Source of the DNA: an uncultured bacterium
GTDB lineage: Bacteria > Actinomycetota > Actinomycetes > S36-B12 > CAIYMF01
NCBI GenBank assembly: GCA_903826575.1
Contig: CAIKEU010000101.1
Location: 6,096-70,095, forward strand
DNA: 64,000 nt
Direction: 5' to 3'
Every line of letters starts with the position of its first letter. Positions within the stretch are counted from its first letter, which is position 1. Of the stretch, positions 9,806 to 19,985 are shown one piece after another. The position numbers and the translations under genes were made by a program. The notes below the pieces were generated by a model. That model saw nothing but the letters and a program-made list of their open reading frames with translations, did no database searches and had not been told where the DNA came from.

Positions 9806-12226
9806 TCACCCGGTTGGTGCCGGTGTTGGATTCTTAGTTGGCGGCTTAGTCGGTGGCTTGCTGGGCTGCTTAGTCGGGCTCTTGGAGGGGTTCGGCGAAG
9901 ACGGCGTTGGTGTTGGAGTGCGCGAACTCTGCGATGGGCTCGGTGTCGAGCTTGGCGCAGGTGTTGGCGAGTGGCTGCCGCCTCCCGACGGCGACGGTGT
10001 CGTCGATGGCCCACCGCCCGGAGAGGGTGAGTTACTCGAAGTTGGTGAACTACTGGGGGTTGGGCAGGCCGACGGTGCGGTCGACGCATAGTACGTCGGG
10101 GTAACCCCACCGCTGTTCGAACACTGATTCGGGGGCGGCGGCGTGTAGTAGGCCAACCCGTCCATGGCTAGGAGGTCGAAGGGAGTCGCTGGGGTTCCGG
10201 CCAGCGCGGCGGTCATCGCATCTCGCCAGATTGGCCCCGGCAGCGTTGATCCGAACACTTGGGAAAAGTACTGGCCACCAATCACAACATCTTTCATCGG
10301 GTAGCCGTACCCACCCCGCGGGTCGTAGGTCGCGACGGCAGTAGCTAGGTCAGGCGTGTAACCGACGAACCAAACGGCCGCGGAGTTATTGACGGTTCCG
10401 GTCTTACCAGCCGCTGGCCGGCCGAGGGACATTGCAGCACCGGTACGTCCGGGCAACGGTCCGTCGATGACCTGACTCAAAATTGTCGTAACTGAGTCGG
10501 CGATACGTCGCGGGATCACCTGCTTGCAGTTAGCGCTGGGAACTGGAAGTTCCTTACCGTTGCGATCCACGATCTGCGTTATGACGATCGGGTCGCAATG
10601 GATGCCGTGGTTGGCAAAACCTGCGTACGCCGTCGCCATTCCGAGCGGCGTAACCTCTTGCGTACCAAGGGTAAACGAGGGCACACGTTGCAACTTTGTT
10701 CCGTCGCCACGATACAGGCCTAACTTCTGGGCAATCGAAGCCGGCTTACAGATGCCGGTACGCAGTTCAAGTGCCATGAAATATGTGTTGATCGAAAACG
10801 CCGTGCCCTGGAGCATGTTGAACGCGCCCGCTCCGGTGGAGTTGTTGACGGTATACGGGGCGAATGGAGTGTTGTCCGAGCAGTTTGTAAAGCCGTCGAA
10901 AGTTGCGCGCTGTGGAGCGTTGATCACCTCATAAGGTGAGATCCCAGAAGAGAGCGCGGCGGCAAGAGTGAAAGCCTTAAACGTGGAGCCAGCCTGGGCA
11001 CCGATGCTGCCGCCATCACCGACACCTACGTTGAAGTTGTATGTCGTAAATCCGCGGCCTTTTACACCCCAAGACCTGTTCTCTGCCATGGCGACGATCT
11101 CGCCCGTGGACGGGCGAACCATCGTGATTGCCGCGACCTTGCGGCTTCTATCCTTCTGCGGAATGTGTTTTTCCGCTGAATCCTGAGCTGCCTTCTGCGC
11201 GACCGGATCTAGGCTGGTTTTGATCGTGTAACCGCCGACTTTTAGAAAGTTCTGACGGTCCGCAGGTGTCTTGCCGAAGGTAGGATCGTTGAGCAGGGTC
11301 CGGTAAACATAGTCGCAAAAAAATGGTGCGTATGACGTGGTGCAACCGTTATGTGGCCGACTTGGGTGCAAAAACGATTCCGTAGGCGTTGCACCGGCAG
11401 CGGTCGCCTCAGCCTGAGTGATGTACCCCATCGTTACCATGCGGCCGAGTACCTGTAGTCGGCGCTTGCGTGATGAATCGGGATTACGCAGCGGGTCGTA
11501 AGCCACGGGCTGTTGCACCGCTCCGGCGAGCGTGGCCGCTTCGTTAAGGGTCAGGTCCTTCGCGGGCTTGTTGAAATATCGGCGTGAGGCCGCTTCAACT
11601 CCATATGCCCCAGCGCCAAAGTAGGCAATGTTCAGGTAACGCTCGAGGATTTGGTCTTTGCCCAGTTGGCGCTCGATCGCCATCGCGTAACGCATTTCTT
11701 TGAGTTTGCGTCCGAGATTGCGTGCACGAGCAGCTGAAGCGTCTGCATCGGTGGCAGCGCTTTCAACGAAGACGTTCTTCACATATTGCTGGGTGAGCGT
11801 TGAGCCGCCCTGGGTGACTCCGCCTGCTCCACCAGCATTTCCAACAAGTGCACGCAGGACGCCGCGAGGATCTACTCCGTGATGCTGATAGAACCGCCCA
11901 TCCTCAACGGCGACGATCGCTTGACGCATTACTGGTGCGATATCAATGAGCGGCACCTCGACGCGATTTTGTTCGTAAATCGTCGCGATTATGGATCCGT
12001 CCGACGCAACTATTCGAGTGCGCTGAGGCAATGGTGGCGTCGTGAGATGGTCCGGAAGTGATTCGTAACCGTTAAACGCAGCTCGCGTTGCCAGCCCGAT
12101 ACCACCGACGAACGGCACGACAGCCACCGCCGTCAGAAGACCAGCGATCAAACTAATCACGACAACCAGACCTAGTCGCGTAAACGACGAGGCAAGGGTG
12201 GGCGAACGTCTGGGGTCAGAAGTCAT
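9806..12226 (-). CDS. ponA: Class A penicillin-binding protein (transglycosylase/transpeptidase) with Pro/Ser/Thr-rich tail
   Basis: EDGRFYQHHGVD, QGGSTLTQQYVKN, GSTFK (SxxK), SINT and KTG motifs; low-complexity C-terminus. Confidence 0.95.
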   Translation of the reverse strand: MTSDPRRSPTLASSFTRLGLVVVISLIAGLLTAVAVVPFVGGIGLATRAAFNGYESLPDHLTTPPLPQRTRIVASDGSIIATIYEQNRVEVPLIDIAPVMRQAIVAVEDGRFYQHHGVDPRGVLRALVGNAGGAGGVTQGGSTLTQQYVKNVFVESAATDADASAARARNLGRKLKEMRYAMAIERQLGKDQILERYLNIAYFGAGAYGVEAASRRYFNKPAKDLTLNEAATLAGAVQQPVAYDPLRNPDSSRKRRLQVLGRMVTMGYITQAEATAAGATPTESFLHPSRPHNGCTTSYAPFFCDYVYRTLLNDPTFGKTPADRQNFLKVGGYTIKTSLDPVAQKAAQDSAEKHIPQKDRSRKVAAITMVRPSTGEIVAMAENRSWGVKGRGFTTYNFNVGVGDGGSIGAQAGSTFKAFTLAAALSSGISPYEVINAPQRATFDGFTNCSDNTPFAPYTVNNSTGAGAFNMLQGTAFSINTYFMALELRTGICKPASIAQKLGLYRGDGTKLQRVPSFTLGTQEVTPLGMATAYAGFANHGIHCDPIVITQIVDRNGKELPVPSANCKQVIPRRIADSVTTILSQVIDGPLPGRTGAAMSLGRPAAGKTGTVNNSAAVWFVGYTPDLATAVATYDPRGGYGYPMKDVVIGGQYFSQVFGSTLPGPIWRDAMTAALAGTPATPFDLLAMDGLAYYTPPPPNQCSNSGGVTPTYYASTAPSACPTPSSSPTSSNSPSPGGGPSTTPSPSGGGSHSPTPAPSSTPSPSQSSRTPTPTPSSPNPSKSPTKQPSKPPTKPPTKNPTPAPTG

Positions 12227-12587
12227 CTCATCGGCAATTCTACGTTGTCATATGGGCTGGTCGTGTCTATGTCGCTGTTCACCAACTGCATAGCCCTAGT
12301 GCTGTTCGTGCTGTGCGCATTAGCCACTACGGCTAGAGGCGGTCTTGCAAGAGTTTCCTCGAAAGTTTGGACGTACGTCTCGGGAGCATCGTTCCCCATC
12401 CCCGACCTGAACAAACTCACCCCGAGAGCTCTGTCTATAGTCATTTATGATTAGTAAGGATAGTATTTAATGACCTAACCGAAGTGGCTTCAGGTGCGTA
12501 GGTTCGGCAGTGACGGAGCAAACAGTTCCGGTGCGATAGGCGCCAGTGCAGGTCAGGTACCTGATGGGGAGATCGCAGACGACGAGC

Positions 12588-12932
12588 ATGGGGGTGAGTC
12601 CCGCGGTGACATGGACATCGGAGTGGACATCGGTTGCTGCGTGCAAGACGACCGATCCGGACGAATTGTTCGTTCAGGGTGCGGCGCAGAACAGAGTCAA
12701 GACCATTTGTGTCTCATGTTCTGTGCGGACGGAGTGTCTGGCAGATGCCCTCGATAACAACATCGAATTCGGTGTTTGGGGCGGTATGACGGAGCGAGAG
12801 CGCCGCGCGCTGCTGCGTCGTCGCCCGCATGTGACGTCATGGCGTCAGCTATTGGAAACTGCCCGCACTGAATACGACGTCACGATTACCGATCTCACTG
12901 AACTTGATTTGCGCGCCAGTCGCGCTGGTTAG
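12588..12932 (+). CDS. wblA: WhiB-family regulator (WblA/WhiB4)
   Basis: AACKTTDPDELFVQGAAQ...C..C.VRTECLADALD...FGVWGGMTERERR, very close to Streptomyces WblA as I recall it; divergent from ponA. Confidence 0.93.
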   Translation: MGVSPAVTWTSEWTSVAACKTTDPDELFVQGAAQNRVKTICVSCSVRTECLADALDNNIEFGVWGGMTERERRALLRRRPHVTSWRQLLETARTEYDVTITDLTELDLRASRAG

Positions 12933-12976
12933 ACGTGCGCGTCTCGCGTGACGAATGGCGATCTGAACACACAGTG

Positions 12977-14134
12977 CTATCCGTCTGCGAGTGCTTGACC
13001 AATGGCCCGTAAGTCGGCCAAATCCGTCACGTCAGCCGGCATTGTGGGTACGACGGCGATCGGCACATGGCGATGAGCGGACGTAAATCGTTCTGCCAAT
13101 CTGCGTTGTCTGTCCTGCGTCGCGACGAGTTGGGCATGAATTCGCAGGACCGCGGCGCTGGTATCAGCACCTAGAGCCGTTAAGCGCGCGGCGGCAGATG
13201 TTGCTGTTGCCGCGTCGATGCTCAATCCCTCGGTTGAAGCGACTCGGTTCAGAACTAACCCCGCAAGGGGCATCTCGTCGCCGTCGAGACGTTCGACGAA
13301 GTATGCGGCTTCGCGAAGGGCATCTCTTTCAGGGGCTGTGACAACGACGAACGCTGTGTCGTCGGCCTTGAGCATCGCGTACGTTTCGTCGGCTCGTTCC
13401 CTGAACCCACCAAATAGCGTGTCTATGGATGCCACAAATTGCTGGACGTCGGTGAGTACCTGGCCGCCGAGGATTTTGCTCAGCACTGAGGTGAAAACCC
13501 CGAAACCGGCTGATAGGACTCTCATATATGCGCGTCCACCTGCCTTCGCGGGTGCTGCCAGAAGTCGAATGAACCGTCCGTCGAGGAACGAGCCAAGCCG
13601 CCGCGGTGCGTCGAGGAAGTCAAGCGCTGAGCGGGACGGGGGAGTGTCGACAACGATGAGATCCCAACGGTTGTCAACCACTGCACTGCTGCGTAATTGG
13701 CCAAGCTTTTCCATGGCCATGTATTCCTGCGTTCCGGCAAATGAGCTGGAAAGTGATTGGTAGAAGGGATTAGCCAGGATCGCGGCCGCGCGTTCAGGAT
13801 CTGCGGCGGCCTCCACGAACTCGTCGAATGTTCGCTTCATGTCGAGCATCATCGCGTCGAGCGAACCGCTTCCGTCGATACCCACGACGGGACGGGGTTC
13901 ATTGTCTAGGTGGCCGAGGCCGAGTGACTGAGCAAGTCGTCGTGCCGGATCGATCGTCAGAACGACGACCTTTCGCCCTTGCTCAGCTGCGCGGACGGCC
14001 AATGCCGCGGCAGTTGTTGTCTTTCCGACGCCACCGGCTCCACAGCAGACAATGATTCGAACCGTCATGTCGCCGAGCATTGCGTCCACGTCGAAAACCG
14101 GGCTCTTGGGTACTACGGCATGTGCGTTGTTCAT
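12977..14134 (-). CDS. ArsA/Get3-family ATPase (Rv3680-like)
   Basis: GAGGVGKTT, TIDPARRLA and VDTPP motifs. Confidence 0.92.
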   Translation of the reverse strand: MNNAHAVVPKSPVFDVDAMLGDMTVRIIVCCGAGGVGKTTTAAALAVRAAEQGRKVVVLTIDPARRLAQSLGLGHLDNEPRPVVGIDGSGSLDAMMLDMKRTFDEFVEAAADPERAAAILANPFYQSLSSSFAGTQEYMAMEKLGQLRSSAVVDNRWDLIVVDTPPSRSALDFLDAPRRLGSFLDGRFIRLLAAPAKAGGRAYMRVLSAGFGVFTSVLSKILGGQVLTDVQQFVASIDTLFGGFRERADETYAMLKADDTAFVVVTAPERDALREAAYFVERLDGDEMPLAGLVLNRVASTEGLSIDAATATSAAARLTALGADTSAAVLRIHAQLVATQDRQRRLAERFTSAHRHVPIAVVPTMPADVTDLADLRAIGQALADG

Positions 14135-15147
14135 GCCACGCCCTGATCACGAAGTGATTCGGCTAGGTCATAAAGAATGCCGGGATCGATGCCATCTGGA
14201 CGCAATGGCAGCTCGTACGTCGGCCGGTCGAGTGCCGCTATCACGATTCGTTCGCGCTCCTCCAGTGCAACCCGCTCGGCGTGGTCTGCTGCTTGGTTGC
14301 CAAGCGCTGTCAGGATTGAATCAGTGGCCGTGATGCCAACGGACTCAAGGTCAATTGCGAGCTGAGCGAGATCGATAGCGTGATCGGTGGCCTGTGCTTG
14401 CTCGGCTTCAGTAAGCAGCGGGATGCGAACCTGATTGACGATGATCGCTCCGACGGGTAGTCCCGCTTCGATCAATTCGGTTATTGCGTCACCTGTCTCT
14501 TGAACGGGCATTTCCTCAAGAAGAGTCACCACGTGCACCGCTGTCGCAGGAGAGGCGATCACGGCCATGACGGCGTCGGCTTGCGAACGGATCGGCCCCG
14601 TTTTAGCAAGGTCCCCGATCTCGCTATTGACGTTTAAGAACCGGGTGATTCGTCCGGTCGGCGGCGCATCCATAACGACTGCGTCGTAGACGTAGGCATC
14701 ACCCGACTTGCGACGGACGGCCTCCTTGGTTTTACCTGTCAGCAGGACGTCTCGAACGCCGGGTGCGATGGTGGTGGCGAAGTCGATTGCGCCCATCTTT
14801 TGTAGGGCGGATCCGGCCCGACGCATGTTGTAGAACATGTCGAGGAACTCCAATAGTGCTTCCTCCGAGTCGAGCGCATTTCCGAAAACTTCACCACCAC
14901 CGGGGGCCGATGCAATTCGCCGATCGTTGTGATCCAGTGGCGGCACGTCGAAGAGTTGGGCGATGCCTTGGCGACCCTCGACTTCGATAAGGAGAACTCG
15001 CCGTCCGTCTGTTGCCAAGGCGAGCGCCAACGCGCCGGCAATCGTCGTCTTACCGGTTCCGCCTTTGCCGGTCACGACGTGAAGGCGAACGCCCCCCCAG
15101 TCGGTGTCGGATTCTCGGGCCACACAGTGAGCGTACGCGGCAGACAC
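14131..15147 (-). CDS. ArsA/Get3-family ATPase (Rv3679-like)
   Basis: GKGGTGKTT and MDAPPTG motifs; 4-bp overlap with its paralog. Exact start uncertain. Confidence 0.9.
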   Translation of the reverse strand: MSAAYAHCVARESDTDWGGVRLHVVTGKGGTGKTTIAGALALALATDGRRVLLIEVEGRQGIAQLFDVPPLDHNDRRIASAPGGGEVFGNALDSEEALLEFLDMFYNMRRAGSALQKMGAIDFATTIAPGVRDVLLTGKTKEAVRRKSGDAYVYDAVVMDAPPTGRITRFLNVNSEIGDLAKTGPIRSQADAVMAVIASPATAVHVVTLLEEMPVQETGDAITELIEAGLPVGAIIVNQVRIPLLTEAEQAQATDHAIDLAQLAIDLESVGITATDSILTALGNQAADHAERVALEERERIVIAALDRPTYELPLRPDGIDPGILYDLAESLRDQGVA

Positions 15148-15208
15148 GAACTCGGCCTGATGGGAGGGCGATGTGGCTACGAGCGGCCGGAGGCTTTAGG
15201 GTCAGGCC

Positions 15209-15367
15209 ATGACCACATGGGAGTACGCCACCGTGCCGCTGCTTGTGCACGCGACGAAGCAAATTCTTGATACGTGGGGACAGGATGGCTGGGAACTAGT
15301 CCAAGTCGTCCCAGGCCCGAATAGCGAGTCGATGGTGGCCTACCTCAAACGACCAAAGGCGGGATGA
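15209..15367 (+). CDS. DUF4177-family small protein (52 aa, absent from the ORF track)
   Basis: Manual translation MTTWEYATVPLLVHATKQILDTWGQDGWELVQVVPGPNSESMVAYLKRPKAG; WEY...G.DGWELV signature; 4 bp before the RidA gene. Confidence 0.9.
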   Translation: MTTWEYATVPLLVHATKQILDTWGQDGWELVQVVPGPNSESMVAYLKRPKAG

Positions 15368-15371
15368 CGCT

Positions 15372-15836
15372 ATGAGCAATGTTGAACAACGACTGGCCGA
15401 GATTGGCCGAACTGTGCCCGATGTTGTACCGCCAGTCGCTGCTTATATCCCGGCCGTGCGCAGCGGTTCCTACATCTACACCTCAGGGCAGTTGCCGATG
15501 GTTGCCGGTGCGCTTACTGGCACCGGCAAGGTTGGTGCTGAGGTAACGGCCGAGGATGCGAAGGAACTCGCCGCGACGTGTGCCATCAACGCCATTGCCG
15601 CCGTGAAATCGGTTATCGGCGATCTCGACAAGGTTGTACGAGTGGTCAAGGTCGTTGGGTTCGTTGCTTCGGATCCATCATTCACTGGTCAACCGGGTGT
15701 AATCAACGGTGCTAGCGAATTGCTCAAGCAGGCCTTTGGTGATGCAGGTGTTCACGCTCGCTCAGCCGTTGGAGTGGCAGTGCTACCGCTAGATGCGCCG
15801 GTAGAGGTTGAAATCATCGTCGAGGTTGCCGACTAA
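15372..15836 (+). CDS. RidA/YjgF family protein (Rv3678c-like)
   Basis: AAYIPAVRSG...SGQLP and HARSAVGVAVLPLDAPVEVE motifs. Confidence 0.92.
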   Translation: MSNVEQRLAEIGRTVPDVVPPVAAYIPAVRSGSYIYTSGQLPMVAGALTGTGKVGAEVTAEDAKELAATCAINAIAAVKSVIGDLDKVVRVVKVVGFVASDPSFTGQPGVINGASELLKQAFGDAGVHARSAVGVAVLPLDAPVEVEIIVEVAD

Positions 15837-15864
15837 CAGTTTCGGGTCGCTCTAACTGCCGATA

Positions 15865-16728
15865 GTGAGCGTGGATACCGTGAGCAATGATCAGGTAGAC
15901 GAGGTGTGGATACCCCCTACACCCCGTCATGCGTCGACGGTATGCCTTGTTCGCGATGGCGCAACTGGCGTTGAAGTCTTCGTCATGCGTCGAAAGTCGT
16001 CGATGAAGTTCGCGCCCCGAATGTATGTGTTTCCGGGGGGAGCAGTTGAGTCGGCGGATAACGATGTGCCCCTCACCGGATCCGTCGATCTCGTTCACGC
16101 TTCGCAGCAATTGTTTAGCGAGTCCCCAGCGGCTGTGATAGCCGCCGGGGCGCGGGAAACCTTCGAGGAATGTGGCGTGTTAATCGCCACGTCCGCGAAT
16201 GGAAGTCCACCAGTATTCGACGAGAGCCTCATGCGCGACCGTGCGGCACTCGTGGCACATGAGATGTCCTTCACCGATCTCTTGAGCCAGCGACATCTGC
16301 TCGTCGATGACTCTGCGCTTGTGCCGCTCGCGCACTGGGTCACCCCCGAAAACGAACCTCGCCGGTTCGACGTTCGCTTCTTCGTGGCGGCTCTCCCAGA
16401 AGGTCAGCACACGTATGAGGTGGATGAAGAGGCGGATCGAACACAATGGATTCGACCGACGGACGCGCTCGACGCGTGGCATGACGGAACGTTAGAGATG
16501 TGGATCCCCACGGCCTCCACGATGAGATTGCTCATGAACGGCGATACCGCCGCAGACGTGGTCAACAACTCGCGCGGGCGCCACATCGTTCCGCTTCGTC
16601 CCCATGAGGTGATCAATGCCGACGGTGAACTCGCCTGGCATCTCGTTCACGATCGGACGATGGAAGTGCTCGAAGCGATGGATCCGAAAGACATGGAATC
16701 GGAAACGGCCGTGGTGCGCCGAACATGA
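15865..16728 (+). CDS. NUDIX hydrolase
   Basis: YVFPGGAVE...ARETFEECGV and HWVTP...RRFDVRFF motifs. Confidence 0.88.
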   Translation: MSVDTVSNDQVDEVWIPPTPRHASTVCLVRDGATGVEVFVMRRKSSMKFAPRMYVFPGGAVESADNDVPLTGSVDLVHASQQLFSESPAAVIAAGARETFEECGVLIATSANGSPPVFDESLMRDRAALVAHEMSFTDLLSQRHLLVDDSALVPLAHWVTPENEPRRFDVRFFVAALPEGQHTYEVDEEADRTQWIRPTDALDAWHDGTLEMWIPTASTMRLLMNGDTAADVVNNSRGRHIVPLRPHEVINADGELAWHLVHDRTMEVLEAMDPKDMESETAVVRRT

Positions 16729-16741
16729 GTTACTCACACAC

Positions 16742-17563
16742 ATGAGCGGCCGATTGGTTCCCCTCGGTGGAACAGATGTGTGGCAGGGGGGATCGGTTTC
16801 GATCCGAAGTCAGTGCGTCTTAGCACCCAACGCCTCGCCCATGACCTTGGACGGGACGAATACATGGCTGCTGCGCGAGCCGGGGGCGCCCGACTGCATC
16901 GTGGTTGATCCGGGACCGGATGACGATTCCCACTTCGACGCAATCGAACGTGCTCTCGATGGAGCCAAGGTCGCGCAGATCCTGTTGACCCATGGACATG
17001 AAGATCACTCTGAAGGTGCTCGTGGACTGGCTGATCGCGTGGGTGCGCCGATCGCGGCGTTAGATCCGCAGTTTTCGTACGGTTCGCAGGGTTGTCATGA
17101 TGGGGACATTGTCGCTGTGGGCGACCTAGAAGTTCACGTCATTTCCACGCCGGGTCACACGGCCGATTCACTGTCGTTCTATCTGCCCGCAGACGCGGCA
17201 CTGTTAACGGGTGACACCGTCTTGGGTCGAGGCTCCACGATGGTGGCTTATCCAGACGGTGATCTTGGCCAGTATCTTGACTCACTGGACGTCTTGGAGG
17301 CTCTGTCGAGGGAATCCGCAGCGCAACTTCTGCTACCAGGACATGGTCAAGCGCTGCGTGATCCGGCCGAGGTGATTAACGGCTATCGCATCCATCGCCA
17401 GCTTCGTCTAGATCAGGTTCGAGCGGTCCTTGACCTTGGTGCGGTGACGGCAGAAGACGTCGTCGCGGCTGTCTACGCAGATGTGCCCCGAGATTTATGG
17501 CCCGCGGCTGCCGTAAGCGTTCGCGCTCAACTCTCCTACTTGGGCCGACTAGACATCAACTAG
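16742..17563 (+). CDS. MBL-fold metallo-hydrolase
   Basis: APNASPMTLDGTNT, THGHEDH, TPGHTADS, GD and PGHG motifs. Start reassigned to ATG 16742. Confidence 0.9.
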   Translation: MSGRLVPLGGTDVWQGGSVSIRSQCVLAPNASPMTLDGTNTWLLREPGAPDCIVVDPGPDDDSHFDAIERALDGAKVAQILLTHGHEDHSEGARGLADRVGAPIAALDPQFSYGSQGCHDGDIVAVGDLEVHVISTPGHTADSLSFYLPADAALLTGDTVLGRGSTMVAYPDGDLGQYLDSLDVLEALSRESAAQLLLPGHGQALRDPAEVINGYRIHRQLRLDQVRAVLDLGAVTAEDVVAAVYADVPRDLWPAAAVSVRAQLSYLGRLDIN

Positions 17564-17615
17564 CGACGAACAACGTTCGGCGTGACTCCGACCGGCGTGA
17601 CCTCAAGCGGCTCGG

Positions 17616-18290
17616 CTAGCGCGCGCGACGTTGAAGTCGTTCTGTGTCGATCAAGACGACCGATCGAGACTCGAGTCGCAGCCAACCACGCGATACGAAA
17701 TCGGCCAACGCCTTGTTGACTGTTTCGCGTGATGCACCCACCAGTTGGGCGAGCTCCTCCTGCGTCATGTCGTGGGTGACGTGAAGGCCGTCCGGTTCCA
17801 TATGGCCGAATCTCTCGCCGAGATCCAAGAGCGCCTTTGCCACTCGACCTGGGACGTCGGAGAACACGAGATCTGAGAGCGTTTCGTTAGTGCGGCGTAG
17901 GCGCCGAGCCAGCGCCTGAAGGAGTGCCTCGGCTACCTCAGGGCGTCCGGTCAGCCATGGGCGTAGCGCTTGATGGCCGAGGCCCAGCACAGCGACGTCG
18001 GTGAGCGCGGAGGCGGTTGCCGTCCGCGGTCCAGGATCGAACAGGGACAGTTCACCAAACATCTGTCCCTCGCCCATGACGGCAAGTAGTGTCTCGCGTC
18101 CGTCGCCTGATGAGTGACTCAGTTTGATTTTTCCCTCTGTCACGACGTAAAGGCGATCACCAGCGTCGCCTTCAGAAAACAGAGTGTCACCCTTGAGAAG
18201 TCGGGTTTCTTCCATCGACGACTTAAGTGCCGCGGCACCTTCTGCATCGAGCACAGCAAACAACGGTGCTCGCATCAGGACGTCATCCAC
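17616..18290 (-). CDS. crp: Crp/Fnr family regulator (CRP/GlxR)
   Basis: FGELSLFDPGPRTAT cNMP-binding motif and TQEELAQLVGASRETVNKAL HTH; GGAGG RBS before GTG 18290. Confidence 0.95.
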   Translation of the reverse strand: MDDVLMRAPLFAVLDAEGAAALKSSMEETRLLKGDTLFSEGDAGDRLYVVTEGKIKLSHSSGDGRETLLAVMGEGQMFGELSLFDPGPRTATASALTDVAVLGLGHQALRPWLTGRPEVAEALLQALARRLRRTNETLSDLVFSDVPGRVAKALLDLGERFGHMEPDGLHVTHDMTQEELAQLVGASRETVNKALADFVSRGWLRLESRSVVLIDTERLQRRAR

Positions 18291-18521
18291 GAATGTCCTC
18301 CGAGAGTTCAGGGCCACCTGACAGCAACACGTGGCTCGCTTTATGTTTTCTGGCTCGATCTTGCCAGAAACAACATATGAACAACAGTGTGACGTATGAG
18401 GCCACTGCGCGGGTCACAAGGGCGCAATTTGGCGTGTGGAGACCATGTGAAAAATCGGTCCGCGCCGTGTCGCCGGATCGGGCGTTGCCGCCAGGTGCCA
18501 GTGACGCTTAGTGGTGCGCGG

Positions 18522-19076
18522 TTACCGAAACGGATCCGTCGGCAGGATTTGCAGGGCCAGAAGCGGCTGCTCGCGGTAGCGGGCGATCAGTTCATTCGTG
18601 GCTACTTCGATGCCACGAAAGAGTTCGCTGCGGAACTTCGACAACTTATCTTCGGCTGATTCCAAATCTGAGATGAGAGCCGTGATGTTTTTTACGTCGC
18701 CGGGCTTGACTTGGCGAGCCCACATTTCAGCCAGATCTGGCAGCGGAGGGATGTCGTCGATGGGAAGAACTGAGATATGAGCCAGGCGTCTATGAGCAGA
18801 GGTCGCCTCGGTGAGCACCTTTGCCAAATCAGTGACCGGCGAGTGATCTGTGACGTCGGAACGTAGGACGTCGAGCCGCGCTTGGATGATTCGGCGCCAG
18901 TACGACACGCGGGTCTCTTGGTCCATCAGTTCTGTGCGCAGCTCGCGAAGATCTTCCAGACTCATGTGATCAAAAGTTATGTTGCGCTCAGGCGGTAGCA
19001 CGGCGGCGCGGGCAGCCTTACGAGCCGCGCGGCGCTGCGCGGCCTCGTCTGTGACAACGTTTACGTCGTCCCCCAT
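18522..19076 (-). CDS. RsiG/AmfC-family coiled-coil protein
   Basis: [16 protein letters not shown] matches E-x3-S-x2-R-x3-Q-x3-D; second helix EDKLSKFR...ELIARYRE. Confidence 0.75.
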   Translation of the reverse strand: MGDDVNVVTDEAAQRRAARKAARAAVLPPERNITFDHMSLEDLRELRTELMDQETRVSYWRRIIQARLDVLRSDVTDHSPVTDLAKVLTEATSAHRRLAHISVLPIDDIPPLPDLAEMWARQVKPGDVKNITALISDLESAEDKLSKFRSELFRGIEVATNELIARYREQPLLALQILPTDPFR

Positions 19077-19259
19077 GGCTCCTCCTCGAGCGGGAAAGTC
19101 TTGCGACCTCGTCGTTACCCTTCGACGGCGTCAGACAACGAATCTCAATCAAGACACGTGGCCTTATCTTCATCTTCGGCATTCCCCGAAAAACCTTTAG
19201 CGACCGTCGCCAGATTCTTCGAGTCCTGCGTTGTGGCAGCGGCAACGTACGCTGGTCAC

Positions 19260-19985
19260 GTGCCTTCAGTACCCGCTGCGCAGCCGCCGCAAACATCTCG
19301 CACCTCTTTGGTGCGGCGTGCGCGTCGCATGCACCGAATTTTGGCCGCTGCCTATCCCGACGCACATTGTGAGCTTGACTTCACGAGCCCGCTCGAACTG
19401 GCAGTTGCCACAATCCTTTCGGCTCAATGCACTGATCGTCGGGTTAATCTGGTAACACCAATTCTGTTCAAACGCTACGTCGATGCTGCCTCCTACGCGT
19501 CAGCCGATCGGGCTGAGCTTGAAGACATCATTAAGTCCACCGGCTTCTTTCGTGCCAAGGCCAACTCAATCATTGGGTTAGGCCAGCAATTGTGTGATCG
19601 CTTCGACGGTGAATTGCCCAACAAGCTAGATGAGTTAGTTACCCTGCCGGGCATCGGACGAAAGACCGCCAATGTCATTTTGGGTGACGCATTTGGAGTT
19701 CCGGGCATAACAGTTGACACCCACTTTGGGCGCCTGAGTAGGCGGTTCGGGTGGACTGAATTAGAAGATCCCGTCAAAGTGGAGTTTGAGGTTGGGAAAC
19801 TCTTCGAACGACGAGATTGGACGATGTTGTCGCATCGAGTCATCTTTCACGGGCGCCGCTGCTGCCATGCAAAAAAGCCAGCCTGTGGGGCTTGCCCACT
19901 GGCTCAGTTATGCCCGTCGTTCGGTGTCGGCCCCACGGATCCCGCGGTTGCTGCCGCGCTCGTTACAACGCAGGGCCCGCGTTGA
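19260..19985 (+). CDS. nth: Endonuclease III
   Basis: ILSAQCTD, HhH motif [11 protein letters not shown] and Fe-S motif [20 protein letters not shown] 19260 is the likely start. Confidence 0.96.
   Translation: MPSVPAAQPPQTSRTSLVRRARRMHRILAAAYPDAHCELDFTSPLELAVATILSAQCTDRRVNLVTPILFKRYVDAASYASADRAELEDIIKSTGFFRAKANSIIGLGQQLCDRFDGELPNKLDELVTLPGIGRKTANVILGDAFGVPGITVDTHFGRLSRRFGWTELEDPVKVEFEVGKLFERRDWTMLSHRVIFHGRRCCHAKKPACGACPLAQLCPSFGVGPTDPAVAAALVTTQGPR

Noticed and set aside
9806-10090. Repetitive DNA at the ponA 3' end
   Set aside because: Encodes the ordinary Pro/Ser/Thr-rich disordered tail of actinobacterial class A PBPs.
18388-18420. CRP autoregulatory site upstream of crp (TGTGA...TCACA)
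   Set aside because: Half-sites are not at the required N6 spacing.
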